From the IMG/VR virus record IMGVR_UViG_3300017962_000042, positions 1 to 34,835 of that record: DNA of 34,835 bases; one strand, written 5' to 3'. Shown here in pieces: positions 8,012 through 20,500 of this stretch. The notes under the pieces are model-generated. The model saw nothing but the letters and a program-made list of their open reading frames with translations. It ran no database searches and was not told the origin of the DNA. The translations under genes and the position numbers were made by a program. This DNA comes from a virus (taxonomy: Duplodnaviria; Caudoviricetes). Every line of letters begins with the position of its first letter. The stretch's first letter is position 1.

Positions 8012-11000
8012 ATGGCAAGCAGTGATAGACAAAACTTATTATTAATCAACGAAGATTGGAGCAAAATATACCGATCTTTTTCTGATGCTGACTTTAGTTC
8101 TTATGATTTTCCTACGCTTCGTAGGACTATGATCAACTATCTACGTAAGAATTATCCCGAAGAATTCAACGATTACATTGAAAGCAGTGAATATCTTGCG
8201 TTGATTGACATGATTGCTTTTTTAGGGCAAAGTATTTCATACAGAGTTGATTTAAATGCACGTGAAAACTTCATAGAAACAGCAGAAAGACGTGACAGTG
8301 TGTTGCGGTTGGCTAGACTTGTAGGTTATAATCCAAAGCGTAATCAACCAGCAAGCGGTTTACTAAAAATTACTGCTATACAAACAACTGATTCTGTAAA
8401 TGATAGTTTAGGCAACAACCTTTCTAATACACTTATAACATGGAATGACACAGCAAATAATAACTGGTTAGAGCAGTTTAATGTCATTATGAATTCTACA
8501 ATGCCAAGTCAAAACAGTTTTGGAAAGCCAAATGCATCTGAAACTATTAATGGTATACAGACAGATCAATACAGAATTAGCAGTATTAACAACGATGTTC
8601 CTGTGTTTACTTTCAACAAAGCAGTTCAAGGAAGAACCTTAAATTTTGAAGTCATAAGTGCAGGATTAGAAAATAATACTATTACAGAAGAAACACCACT
8701 ACCAGGCAGACCTATGGGAATAATTTATCAGAACGATAAAAGAGGAAACAGTTCTCCCAATACAGGATTCTTTATGAATTTTAAACAAGGTCAAATACAA
8801 AGCAGTGCATTTACTATAAATGATGCAAGTAACAATGAAGTAATCAATATTGATGTACCAGGGATCAATAATAATGATGTTTGGTTATGGGGCATAGATC
8901 AGAACGGTAACTTTAGAGATTTGTGGACAAAACTAGATAGTATCTACGGAAGTAATGTAATTTACAATTCTATATCACAAAACATTAGAACACTTTACAG
9001 TGTTTCCACTAGAGACAACGACGAAATTAGTTTAAACTTTGCTGACGGTGCTTTTGGTGACTTACCAAAAGGAAACTTTAGAGTATATTATAGAACATCA
9101 AATGGTTTACGTTATATTGTAAGACCAACAGACCTACAAGGTATTGTTTTAGAAATTCCATATACAAATAAGAATGGTATTTCACATACATTAACAGTAC
9201 AACTAGGATTACAGAGTACTGTTACAAATGCTACACCTGCAGAATCAACAGGAAATATTAGATTAAGAGCGCCACAAGCCTACTACACTCAAAACAGAAT
9301 GGTAACAGGTGAAGATTATAATACTTTGCCGTTAACTTCTAATCAAGAGATTGTTAAAGCAAAAGCAATTAACAGAGTAAGCAGTGGTATTAGTAGACAG
9401 TTTGATATTCAAGATCCAACAGGAAAATATTCTACAACTAATTTGATTGCAGATGACGGAATAATTTACAAAGATGATTTTGAAAATGATTTTACATTTA
9501 CATTTACAACAAGGAACGATATTTTAGGTATTGTTAGAAATAATATTGAACCTATACTATCCGGAATACAAACCAAAGCATTTTACTACGACAAGTATCC
9601 TAATATTTCAATCGGTAATTTGAACATTGATTGGGTTAATGCAACTTCAAGTTCAACAAGCACTACTGGATATTTTAGAAACACTGTAACTGATGCTCCT
9701 GTAACTGTAGGATCTTTTACAGGAAATAATTTTAAATTTGTAAAAGAAGATGCAATGATCAAATTTGTGCCACCTACAGGTAGATATTTTTTACCAAACG
9801 GTGAACTAACAAGCACTGCATCTAAAACAACAAGATCTTATATCTGGGCAAAAGTATTAAGTGTATTTGGCGACGGTAGTAACAATGGTGTGGGATTACT
9901 AGATGATAATACTGGACCTGTTGTTTTGAGTGAAAAGATACCTTCGTTGGCTATTCCAAGTGTTGTTATTCCAAATATTGTAACCAATCTACCAACAAAT
10001 ATTGAAACAGAAATAGTAGATTTAGCGTTTGCATATAAGACATTTGGTGTACGCTATGACCAAAACAGTCAAAGTTGGAAAGTAATTACAAATGCAAATG
10101 TAAACACAGTTAGTAATTTTAGCCTTGATAGACAGGGAGATACAACAGGAACAAAAGCAGATAGAAGTTGGATTGTACTTTTTGAAACTGATGGCGAAAC
10201 TTACACAATCACATATAGAGGATTAGACTATAGATTTGAAAGTGAAAAATTAGTTACTTTCTATCCTGATCCTAGCGGAAAAGTTTATGATCCAAGTACA
10301 GGAACTGTTGTTAAAGATCAAATCAAGGTATTGAAAGTCAATGAAGATCCTGTAGCCGATGGAATTTTAGCAAAAGATTATCAGTGGGAAGTTGTAAGCA
10401 GTGTTATTAACACAGACGGCTTTAGTGAATACAATAAAATCAAAGTTAATTTTTATGATTCTGACGATGACGGAATGATTGATGATCCTGATAGTTTTGA
10501 AAACATAGTTAAACCTGATAGTTTAAATGCAGATGATTACAAAGACAAATTTGTATTTTTTCAAACTACGAATGTAAGCGGAACAGCAGTAACATCTAAA
10601 GTAAGCAAAGACTTGTTTTTAATTTATGATAAGGAAACAAGCGTAAGTAGTTTTGCTAATGTTGCTAATGGACAATTATTTTATTTTTACAGTGATACCG
10701 AAAATGTTGTAAAATCTTATGATAGTACACTAGGAGCATTGGTATTAGAAACTGATTACTTTGCTAAACCCGGAAGAGACGGAATTAAATTTCAATATAT
10801 ACACAATGCAGAGAATGACAGACGTTTAGATCCTAGTAAAACAAATATTATGGATTTATATGTTTTAACACGAACTTATGATAATTCTTTTAGAACTTAT
10901 CTAAATGGATCGTCTAGCAAACCAATTGCACCGACTTCTGTACAATTAGAACAGCAGTTTGGTCCTTCACTAGAAAAAGTAAAATCAATTAGTGATGAAA

Positions 11001-11509
11001 TAATTTTTCATCCAGCAAAATATAGAGAATTATTTGGGTCAACAGCGAACGAGAGTTTGAGAGCAACATTTAAAATTGTTAAAAACCCTGCAAGTGCTGT
11101 AAGCGATAATGAAATTAAAACTAGAGTGATTGATGCTATTAACGAATATTTTAGTATTGACTTCTGGGAATTTGGTGATAGTTTTTACTTTACAGAACTT
11201 GCAACTTATGTACAAACACAACTTGTACCAGATGTGGTAAATTTTGTTATTGTACCTCGCAGTAGTAGTCAGAGTTTCGGTAGTTTATACCAAGTGTCAA
11301 GTCAACCTGACGAAATATTTGTTAGCACAGCAACAGTTGATCAAGTTGAAATTATTGAAAGTTTAACTCAAACAAATATTAGAGCAACTGGTGCAATTAC
11401 AACATCTGTAAACACAGACGGAGATGTCGTTGTATCTAGTGATACAATTACTACAAATACTACATCCACATCATCTGGATCTTATTCTAGCGGAGGAAGC
11501 AGTTACTAA
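8012..11509 (+). CDS. gp6: Baseplate wedge subunit, gp6-like (baseplate J family), 1165 aa
   Basis: YDFPTLR...FNDYIESS...LIDMIAF...ENFIETAERRDSVLRLARLVGYNPKR, plus FADGAFGDLP and APQAYYTQNRMVTGEDY, are gp6 hallmarks. Follows gp25. Confidence 0.92.
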   Translation: MASSDRQNLLLINEDWSKIYRSFSDADFSSYDFPTLRRTMINYLRKNYPEEFNDYIESSEYLALIDMIAFLGQSISYRVDLNARENFIETAERRDSVLRLARLVGYNPKRNQPASGLLKITAIQTTDSVNDSLGNNLSNTLITWNDTANNNWLEQFNVIMNSTMPSQNSFGKPNASETINGIQTDQYRISSINNDVPVFTFNKAVQGRTLNFEVISAGLENNTITEETPLPGRPMGIIYQNDKRGNSSPNTGFFMNFKQGQIQSSAFTINDASNNEVINIDVPGINNNDVWLWGIDQNGNFRDLWTKLDSIYGSNVIYNSISQNIRTLYSVSTRDNDEISLNFADGAFGDLPKGNFRVYYRTSNGLRYIVRPTDLQGIVLEIPYTNKNGISHTLTVQLGLQSTVTNATPAESTGNIRLRAPQAYYTQNRMVTGEDYNTLPLTSNQEIVKAKAINRVSSGISRQFDIQDPTGKYSTTNLIADDGIIYKDDFENDFTFTFTTRNDILGIVRNNIEPILSGIQTKAFYYDKYPNISIGNLNIDWVNATSSSTSTTGYFRNTVTDAPVTVGSFTGNNFKFVKEDAMIKFVPPTGRYFLPNGELTSTASKTTRSYIWAKVLSVFGDGSNNGVGLLDDNTGPVVLSEKIPSLAIPSVVIPNIVTNLPTNIETEIVDLAFAYKTFGVRYDQNSQSWKVITNANVNTVSNFSLDRQGDTTGTKADRSWIVLFETDGETYTITYRGLDYRFESEKLVTFYPDPSGKVYDPSTGTVVKDQIKVLKVNEDPVADGILAKDYQWEVVSSVINTDGFSEYNKIKVNFYDSDDDGMIDDPDSFENIVKPDSLNADDYKDKFVFFQTTNVSGTAVTSKVSKDLFLIYDKETSVSSFANVANGQLFYFYSDTENVVKSYDSTLGALVLETDYFAKPGRDGIKFQYIHNAENDRRLDPSKTNIMDLYVLTRTYDNSFRTYLNGSSSKPIAPTSVQLEQQFGPSLEKVKSISDEIIFHPAKYRELFGSTANESLRATFKIVKNPASAVSDNEIKTRVIDAINEYFSIDFWEFGDSFYFTELATYVQTQLVPDVVNFVIVPRSSSQSFGSLYQVSSQPDEIFVSTATVDQVEIIESLTQTNIRATGAITTSVNTDGDVVVSSDTITTNTTSTSSGSYSSGGSSY

Positions 11510-14500
11510 TGGCTTATAGTACTAATGATGATGTTCCTGTTAATGTAGAAAACAAGGACAAATTAAGAAATTCAATTGATCTAATACCTATGTACTTTCG
11601 TACAGAGGCTAATAGAAAATTCTTTGGTGCAACAGTTGATACATTAATAAGTAAAGGTCAATTAAAAAGACTAAACGGGTTTATTGGTTCACGTAATGCA
11701 AAGAATGCTAAACCTGATGATTTTTATATTCCTGAACCTACAAAAAATAGAAGACACTATAATTTATTTCCAGGAGCAGTAATTAGAAATCAAATAACTA
11801 GAAATCCAGAATGGTCAGGAACTTATGATGATCTTGTTAATCAATTAGATTTTTTTGGTGCTAAAACAAATGATCATTCAAGACTTTTTGAAAGTGATTA
11901 CTTTACTTGGGATCCTCATGTTGATTTAGATAAGTTTGTCAACTACAGACAATACTATTGGTTGCCTAGTGGCCCTAGTCCAGTTACAATTACAGGATTT
12001 TTAACAGGCACAACAAGTACATATTCTGTTGTTAATTCAGGATCTAGTTCTTATGTGTTTACTCCAAACGGATTTACAAATAATCCTATTATTACTTTGC
12101 ACAGAGGTGCAACTTATAGATTTGAAGTAAATGCACCAGGACATCCTTTTTACATCAAAACTGCTAGAACTACTGGCACAGATGAAGTTTATTCTACAGG
12201 TGTTCAAAACAACGGCGCAGAATCAGGTACAATAATTTTTACAGTGCCATTAGACGCTCCAGACAATTTATTTTATGCTTGCGAAAATCATCAAGAAATG
12301 CAAGGTATTTTAGAAATTAAAAATGCAGAAGATGAAGTAGAAATTAATGTAGAAAAAGAAATTGTTGGAAAAGTAAACTTTACTTCTGCTAACGGTGTAG
12401 AATTTACAAATGGCCTTAAAGTTAGATTTACAGGAACAGTAGTTCCGGAGAAATATCAAAACAAAAATTGGTATGTAGAAGGTGTAGGATCATCTATAGA
12501 ACTTATTCCTGAAGATGAATTAGATACACCAGAAACATACACACAAAATTTTGACTTTGAATTTGATGTAGAAGATTTTGACGAGACACCATTTGATGAT
12601 GTTTCTAACTATCCTACCTCACCAGAATATATTACAATTAAAAGAAACAGTTTAGATAAAAATCCTTGGAGTAGATACAATAGATGGTTCCACAAAGATG
12701 TTATTGAAAAAATCGCAGGATATAATAACACAACTATTCTTTTAGATGAAAACTTTAGAGCAAAAAGACCGATTATTGAGTTTGATGCAAGTTTGCAGTT
12801 ACACAATTTTGCCACACAAGGGTTAGGAAATGTAGATCTAATCGATACTCAAACAACAGATGCTATGAGTGATGTTGAAGGCAGTATAGGTTATTATGTA
12901 GATGAAACTCTATTACAAAGTGGAATGCGTGTTATTTTTAATGCTGATCCAGATATTACAGTAAAAGGTAAAATTTACGAAGTTAGTTTTGAAACTTTCC
13001 AGGGTAAAAAATATCTACATCTTAATGAAGTTGATGTACCTGTACAAGGTCAAGGTGTTGTTACTGTACAAGGAAAAAGTAACAAAGGATCTAGTTGGTA
13101 TTTTAATGGAACAGAGTGGGTCAAAGGACAACAAAAAACAATTTTGAATCAAGCACCATTATTTGATTTATTTGATAAAAATGGAAATAGTTTTAGTAAT
13201 GAAACTGTCTATCCGTTAACTACTTTTGCTGGTAATAACATTGTAAGTTATCAGCAAGGAGAAGGAAACAATGATACAGTTCTAGGATTTCCTATCACAT
13301 ATCAAAATATTGCAAACGTTGGTGATATTTTATTTGATTTCAACTGGGACAAAGATAATTTTAATTATAATACAACAACAGTAGTTGATTGTAGTAGCGG
13401 TTTTGTTAGAAAAAATAAGTCTATCTCTGAATATGAATATACTAGTGGATGGAAAACAGTTGAAAATGCTACACTTAAACAAAAAGTTTTACAAGTAAAT
13501 GATATTATTAATGCAACAAATCAAATCCAAGTTACTGCTATTAACAATGCAAAAGATTATTTTGAAACTTTAGATGTCACTTTAGAATATAATAGTGACA
13601 TTTATAAAAAAGGTAGAGACTTTACCTTACAACTTATTGACAACAACTTATTTTTAGTTACAAATAAAACTATTCCTAATAACACAAGAATAACTTTAAG
13701 GATGTCAGGAACAGATGTTGTTGCAAACGAAAACGGACATTATGAACCGCCTGCTAATTTAGTTAACAACGGAGAAAATAACGATCTTAATCAATTCACT
13801 TTAGGAAGTATAGGAGATCATTTTAGAACTATATTTTTAAATGATGAAAGACTTCTTGGCGAATTGAACGGAATAACAAATGCTAGAGATATTCCTAACA
13901 TTGTATCAAAAGGATTGAGATTTTTAAAACACAAAGGAAGTATGGTAAACTCTATATTTTCTCTTGTAGACAAAGACAGTAATATAATTAAAGCATTTAG
14001 AGACAATGCATTAAAATATAATTTATTTAAAGAACAATTTTTACAGAAAGCAGTTGAACTTGGATTACAAGACACTGTTAGAGAAAATGTTGATGAAATT
14101 CTTTATAATTTATCTCAAAACAAAAATATAACAGATCCGCATTATTATACAGATATGGCAGGATTTGGTAGAACTGTTAATGTTTTACAATATACAATTA
14201 ACACAAGTTTACAAAAAATATTTGGTATTGCAGATAATTTTAGTATGACTACAATTTCAGATAGATCTGTATATGTGTATCTAAATGAAGTCCAACTGGT
14301 ACACAATATAGATTATGTATTTGATGCAGTAGATAATAGTGTTGAAATAAAAAGAGATTTATCTGTAGGAGATAAGATTGTTATTGCAGATTACGATACT
14401 ACCGGAAATATTATTCCGTTTACTCCTACAAAATTAGGTTTGTATCCTAAATTCCAACCAAAGATTTACACAGACAATACCTATGCTATTCCACAGAAGG

Positions 14501-17500
14501 TAATAGAAGGACATGACGGTAGTATAACAGTTGCTTATAATGATTTCCGCGATGATTTATTGTTAGAACTTGAAAAAAGAATTTACAACAACATTAAAGT
14601 AAATTATAATCCAGAGGTGTTTGATATTAAAAATCAAATGCCTAGTGCCTTTAGACAAACAGATTACACTAGAAAAGAGTTTAATGATGTTTTAAGAAAT
14701 GATTTTGGGTATTGGGCAAATCTATATGATGTTGATTATATTACTAACAACGCATATGATGAAACTAATTTGTTCTCATACAATTATGGCAGAATGGTTG
14801 ATGATAAAAACAACAAAATATTGCCTGCTTATTGGAGAGGAATCTACAAGTTATACTACGACACTGATCGTCCGCATACCAATCCATGGGAAATGTTAGG
14901 CTTTAGTGAAAAACCAACATGGTGGGAAGATGAATATGGTCCTGCTCCATACACAAGTGGAAATTTACTTCTTTGGGAAGACCTAGAAAAAGGATTAATT
15001 AAAGATCCAAACAATACTAAAATTAATTCAAAATATTCTCGTCCAGGATTAACAAAATATATTCCTGTAGACGAGTATGGAGAATTACGAGATCCGTTTG
15101 CTACCAATGTTGCACAGAAATTTGTATCACCTGCTGTAGACAATGATTTTGTCTTTGGAGATCACGCCCCGGCAGAAACTGCATGGCAAAGAAGTAGTTG
15201 GTATCCATTCCATATTCAAGTAGCAATGATCTTGCTTAAACCAGCACAATATCTAGGAACATTGTTTGACGTTAGCCAAAACGAGATTGTATTTGATAGT
15301 TTAAAATATAAAGACACAGGAAAAATCTTTGACTTATCTTTTGTTAAAATTAATGATCAAACATATAATAATGTAAGATACAAAGGATTAGGTTATCATG
15401 CAGTAATTACAGATTACATAAAAAGTCAAGGAAGAGATTTAGATTCTTATGAATTTAGTTTAAAAAATTTATCACTAGATGTAGTTTATAAACTTGGTGG
15501 TTTTGCAAGTAAAAATAAGTTAAGAATACTTTTAGAAAACAACACGCCTAATAGCGAAACAAATAGTGTATTTCTTCCTGCGGAAAATTATAGAATACAA
15601 TTACGTACAAGCAATCCTATTGGTAAAGCAATTATTTCAGGAGTAATTGTTGAAAAAGTCAACAATGGTTATTTGATAAGAGGGTATGACAAGTACACTC
15701 CTTATTTTAATTACAACAAAGCAATCTCTAGTCAAAACGATATTAGAATCGATGTTGGCGGAGTAAGTGCAGATTTTGTTGTGTGGCAACCGTCAAAGTT
15801 TTATGGTATTGGCCAGTTGGTACAATTTGAAGAGAACTATTATAGAGCAAAAGAAAATCATACAAGTTCAACAGAATTTGAAAATGAAAAATGGGCAGGC
15901 CTTCCTAGTTTACCTACGTCGGGCGGCGCCGCAGTAACAAAACCTACAAAGTTTGAAAGTAGTGTTTCTGAATTACCTTATAATAGTATTTTGAATACTG
16001 CACAAGACGTTTTTAATTTTCTTTTAGGTTATGGAAAGTACCTAGAAAGCAAAGGATTTGTTTTTGACGAATATTTGTCTGAATTGAAACAAGTTCAAAA
16101 TTGGGAATATTCTGGTAGAGAATTTCTTTTCTGGACAACACAAGGTTGGGCAATAGGTAGTGTTATAACACTTGCACCTTTTGCACAAAAACTTGTTTTT
16201 TCATTCCAGAATGGACAAGTAGATAATGTTTTAGATAGTTTCTACGAATATAGTTTATTGAACAGCAAAGGACTTGCTTTACCTACATCAAATTTTGCAA
16301 CAACAAGACAAAGCGGAAAATTTAGTTTAAGAACAAGAGACACACAAGAAGGTATATATTACGCACAACTTAACCTTGTACAAAAAGAACATGTAATTGT
16401 GTTCGATGATAAAAGTGTATTTGGCGATATTATATACGATCAAGAAAGTGGTTACAGACAAGAGCGTATTAAGATTAACGGCTTTAAGACTGACGAGTGG
16501 GACGGTGATTTATACAGTCCGGGTTTTGTGTTTGATGAAGCAATAGTTGTGGATTGGAACCAGTTTGTTGATTATAATTTAGGTGATGTTGTCAAGTACA
16601 AAAACAAATATTATAGTGCTAAAAGGTTTACTCCTGGTACTAGCACTTTTGAAACTGACAGTTGGGTATATCTTGGAAACATGCCGGTTGCAGAATTATA
16701 TGCAAACTTTGATTATAAAGTTGACGGATTCCAAGACTTTTATAGTTTAGAAAGTGAAACTTTTGATAGTACAAAAACTGCACTAGCACAACATTTGATA
16801 GGTTACCAGAAAAGACCTTATCTTGATAATCTAGTTAAAGACGAAACAGCACAATATAAATTTTATCAAGGTTTTATTAAAGAAAAGGGAACGAAAAACG
16901 CTGTAGATAAAATTCAAAGATTTACAATTGATAATGTGCCTACTAATATTGAATATGAAGAAGAATGGGGATTTAAAGTAGGTAGTTTAGGAAGTTATTC
17001 TACAATCAATGAAATAGAATTTCCATTAGATGAAAAATTAAATGTAGAAAATCCACAAGCAATAGAATTTGTAAATTCACGAACTACTGAACTATCTAGT
17101 AGCAATATTATTAAGTTGTTACCTAGCGACATTCCTGTTAAGCCAAACAACTTCAATGTTAATATTTGGCCTACATTAACTATTGATCCAGATCAAGGAC
17201 AAACTGTTGATCTTTATCAAAAGTTACCATTAGCAGGTTATCCTAGAATTGATGATGTAACACTTACACTTTTAAATTATGATGAATTATTCACTAACGA
17301 AAATATTGTTAACTTAAACACAGGTGATACAATTTGGATCGCAAGAGATGTAAACACTGACTGGAATGTTTATAGAGTACAGCCCTTGGGTGTTAGAATA
17401 ATTAATCCAGAACTTGCAGTTGCTCAAGAAGCAGGATCATCACTATACACAGTTAATACTGATAAGCCTCATAGACTTTCTCCAGGACAATTAGTAGTCC

Positions 17501-20500
17501 TTAAAAACTTTGATAGTCAAGTTAATGGTGTTTACAATGTAGTAAGTGTAACAGGCTTAACAACGTTTGTTATTGATATCGGTGAAACAGGAATAACGTT
17601 GACTGATGATAGTTCAACAGGAGAAATTTTTGAACTGTCTAGCGTAAGAGTTACTGAAACAGATTTAATTAATAATGTTAAACTTTTAGATCAATTTGAA
17701 AAAGGCGAAAAACTTTGGATAGACAACAACGGAAGTAATTTATGGACTGTCTATGAAAAAACTGATGCTTATACAGAACGTAAGTGGGGAAGTGTAAACC
17801 AAGTTGAAGAGCAAAGATTTGGCTTTAATATTACAGCAAACAAAAACGGAAGACTAATTGCTGTTTCCGGACCAAAATTTGGTGATGAAGGTCAAGTTTA
17901 CATTTTAAGAAGAGATACAAATACAGGTATAACAAATCTTAAAGGTGCACAAGGCTTTGCTGTAAGTGAAAATATAAGTGACGATTTGATTGCTGGAGCA
18001 AGTCCGCAGTTTGGATATAGTTTATCTATAGCACCAAATGAACAAAGACTAGTTGCTGGCGCACCATACGCAGATCATTTTAAAGCAGTTGACGACAGTA
18101 GTAGAAATGGATTCTTTGTAAGTGAAGGTGACTTTAATGCTACGCCACAACCTTATGTAAAACAAGGTGTTGTAAAACTAACAAAATTAGATACAGCAGA
18201 CGGATTATTCAAAAACGAATACATAATTGCCAGCCATGAACCAAAAAACAACGAGTACTTTGGTTTCAGCGTTAAGTTAGGAAATACAAAATTAGCAGTA
18301 GGTGCTCCTGGACATTTAGATAATAAAGGAAGAGTGTACTTTTATGATTACAAAATACAAGCAGACGGAAGCACACTTGATTGGGACCTTGATAGCGACA
18401 CTGGTTATTTAGAAATAAGTTCTACAGATGCTACACTCGACGGAAACAGTGGAGACGAGTTTGGTTTTTCAATTGATGCGTCAGATGATATGACTATACT
18501 TGCTGTGTCTGCGCCGGGCAGAGAAGTATGGCAACAGGCCGGCGATAGTTCAAAAAACAACGGTGAAGTAAGAATTTACACTTTGGGTAGTAACAACGTA
18601 TATACTCAAAAACAAATTTTAAATGCAAATACTTTATCTAATATAGAACTAGGAGACCGATTTGGTTATCAAGTAAAATTTAGTTCTAATGGAAATGACT
18701 TATTTGTAAGTGCTCCGTTCAGCGATGTAGCAAATACTAATAGTGGAGCAGTGTATTACTTTACAAAACAAACTGACGGAACTTATAGTTTAGCACAAAT
18801 TATTACAAGTCCTGATCAAATTAAAGAAGAAAGATTTGGTATTACAGTTTCTGTAAACTCTGAAGGAAATGATTTAGCAATTTATAGCGAAAGTGGTGAC
18901 ACACAAACTTCAATGACAACTGACGTATATAAAGAAGCATTTGTAGATTCATATACTAGATTTGGTAACAACTATGTAAATGATCCACAATCAGGCTTCA
19001 ACGAAGTTGCAACTACTTTTGACGGTAATTCTACTAAATTTACAGACGAATCACCTAGTAGTGGTGCTGTATACTCTTATAAAAAATTAAACACAAGATT
19101 TGTATTTGGGCAAAAACTTACAAGCGGAACAGTTGAAAGTTTTGACAACTTCGGTAAAGGATTAAAAGTTGTTGATCAGGGTATTCTTGTTGGAAGTCCT
19201 TACAACAATGTTGACAATAATAATACCGGTGCATTGTTTGTATACGACAGATTATCAACAAGTGGTTGGGACGAAAAACGTAAACAAGGAGATTTAACAA
19301 ATCCTTGGTTGATTAATAAAACCTTTACTTACAGTTTATCTGGAAATAAAGTAAAAGACTTTGTCGAAACAATAGATCCAGTAAAAGGAAAGATACCTTA
19401 TATTGCAGAGTCTGAAATAAGATTCAAAAGCGATGTAGACCCTGCGGTATACAGTGCAAGTGATAGATCAGATGTAGGAATCAATTCAAGCGTAAATTGG
19501 ACTGACGACCATCTTGGAGAAGTTTGGTGGGATTTAAGTTCAGTTAAATTCTTATGGTACGAACAAGGTGACACAGAATATAGAGCAAATAACTGGGGTG
19601 GTTTATTTCCTGGTTCTAGCATTGACATTTATGAATGGGTAGAAACAGATTTATTACCCAGCGAATGGACAGAAGTTGCAGATACTACTGAAGGTGTAGC
19701 ATTAGGATTTAGTGGAACACCTAAATATAATGACAATACTGTAAGTGTAAAAAGAATTTACAATGCAAATACAGGTAACTTTACTACACGTTATTACTAT
19801 TGGGTAAGAAATAGTGTAATTGTTCCTGAAGTTGATTTTAGAAGATTGCCATGTAGTGAAGTTTCTAATATTATTACTGACCCAGATGCGTATGGAATTA
19901 AAAGTTTACAACTATTAAGTCCTAACAGCATTTCAGTTAGTAATTTAAAAACAACACTTGCCGACAATGATGTACATCTTTCAGTTCAATATAGAACTGT
20001 AGAAACAGATTTACCTGAACATAACGAATGGTTAATTTTAAGAGAAAAACAACAAGCCAAAATAGAAAATTCATTGTTGAATAAAAAACTTTTTGATAGT
20101 TTGGTTGGTTTTGATGATCAAGGTAATGCTGTACCAGATCCGCAGTTACCGGTGCAAAGAAAATATGGTATTCAAATTAGACCAAGACAGTCTATGTTTA
20201 AAAATAGATTTCAAGCACTAAAAACTGTTGTAGATTATGCAAACAGTATTATGAGCGAAAATAGAATTGTAGATACCAAGAATATTACAAAACTGTTTAG
20301 TAAAGATCCTATTCCAGCAATTAGCACAGGTAAGTATGATGTTGCTTTAGATGACTTTGAAGATACAACAACAATAGGTACACAAGATTTAAGACAAGCA
20401 AGTATAACTTTGTCTTTAACAAATGGTAAAGTATCAAAAGTAACTATTGATAATAAAGGTTATGGTTATCGTATTGCACCAGAAGTGCAAATTACAGGCG

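Noticed and set aside
1296-11509. Bacterial contractile injection system (eCIS/T6SS/tailocin) instead of a phage
   Set aside because: The adjacent gp55 and gp47, T4-type late boxes and phage-style gene packing indicate a lytic T4-superfamily phage.
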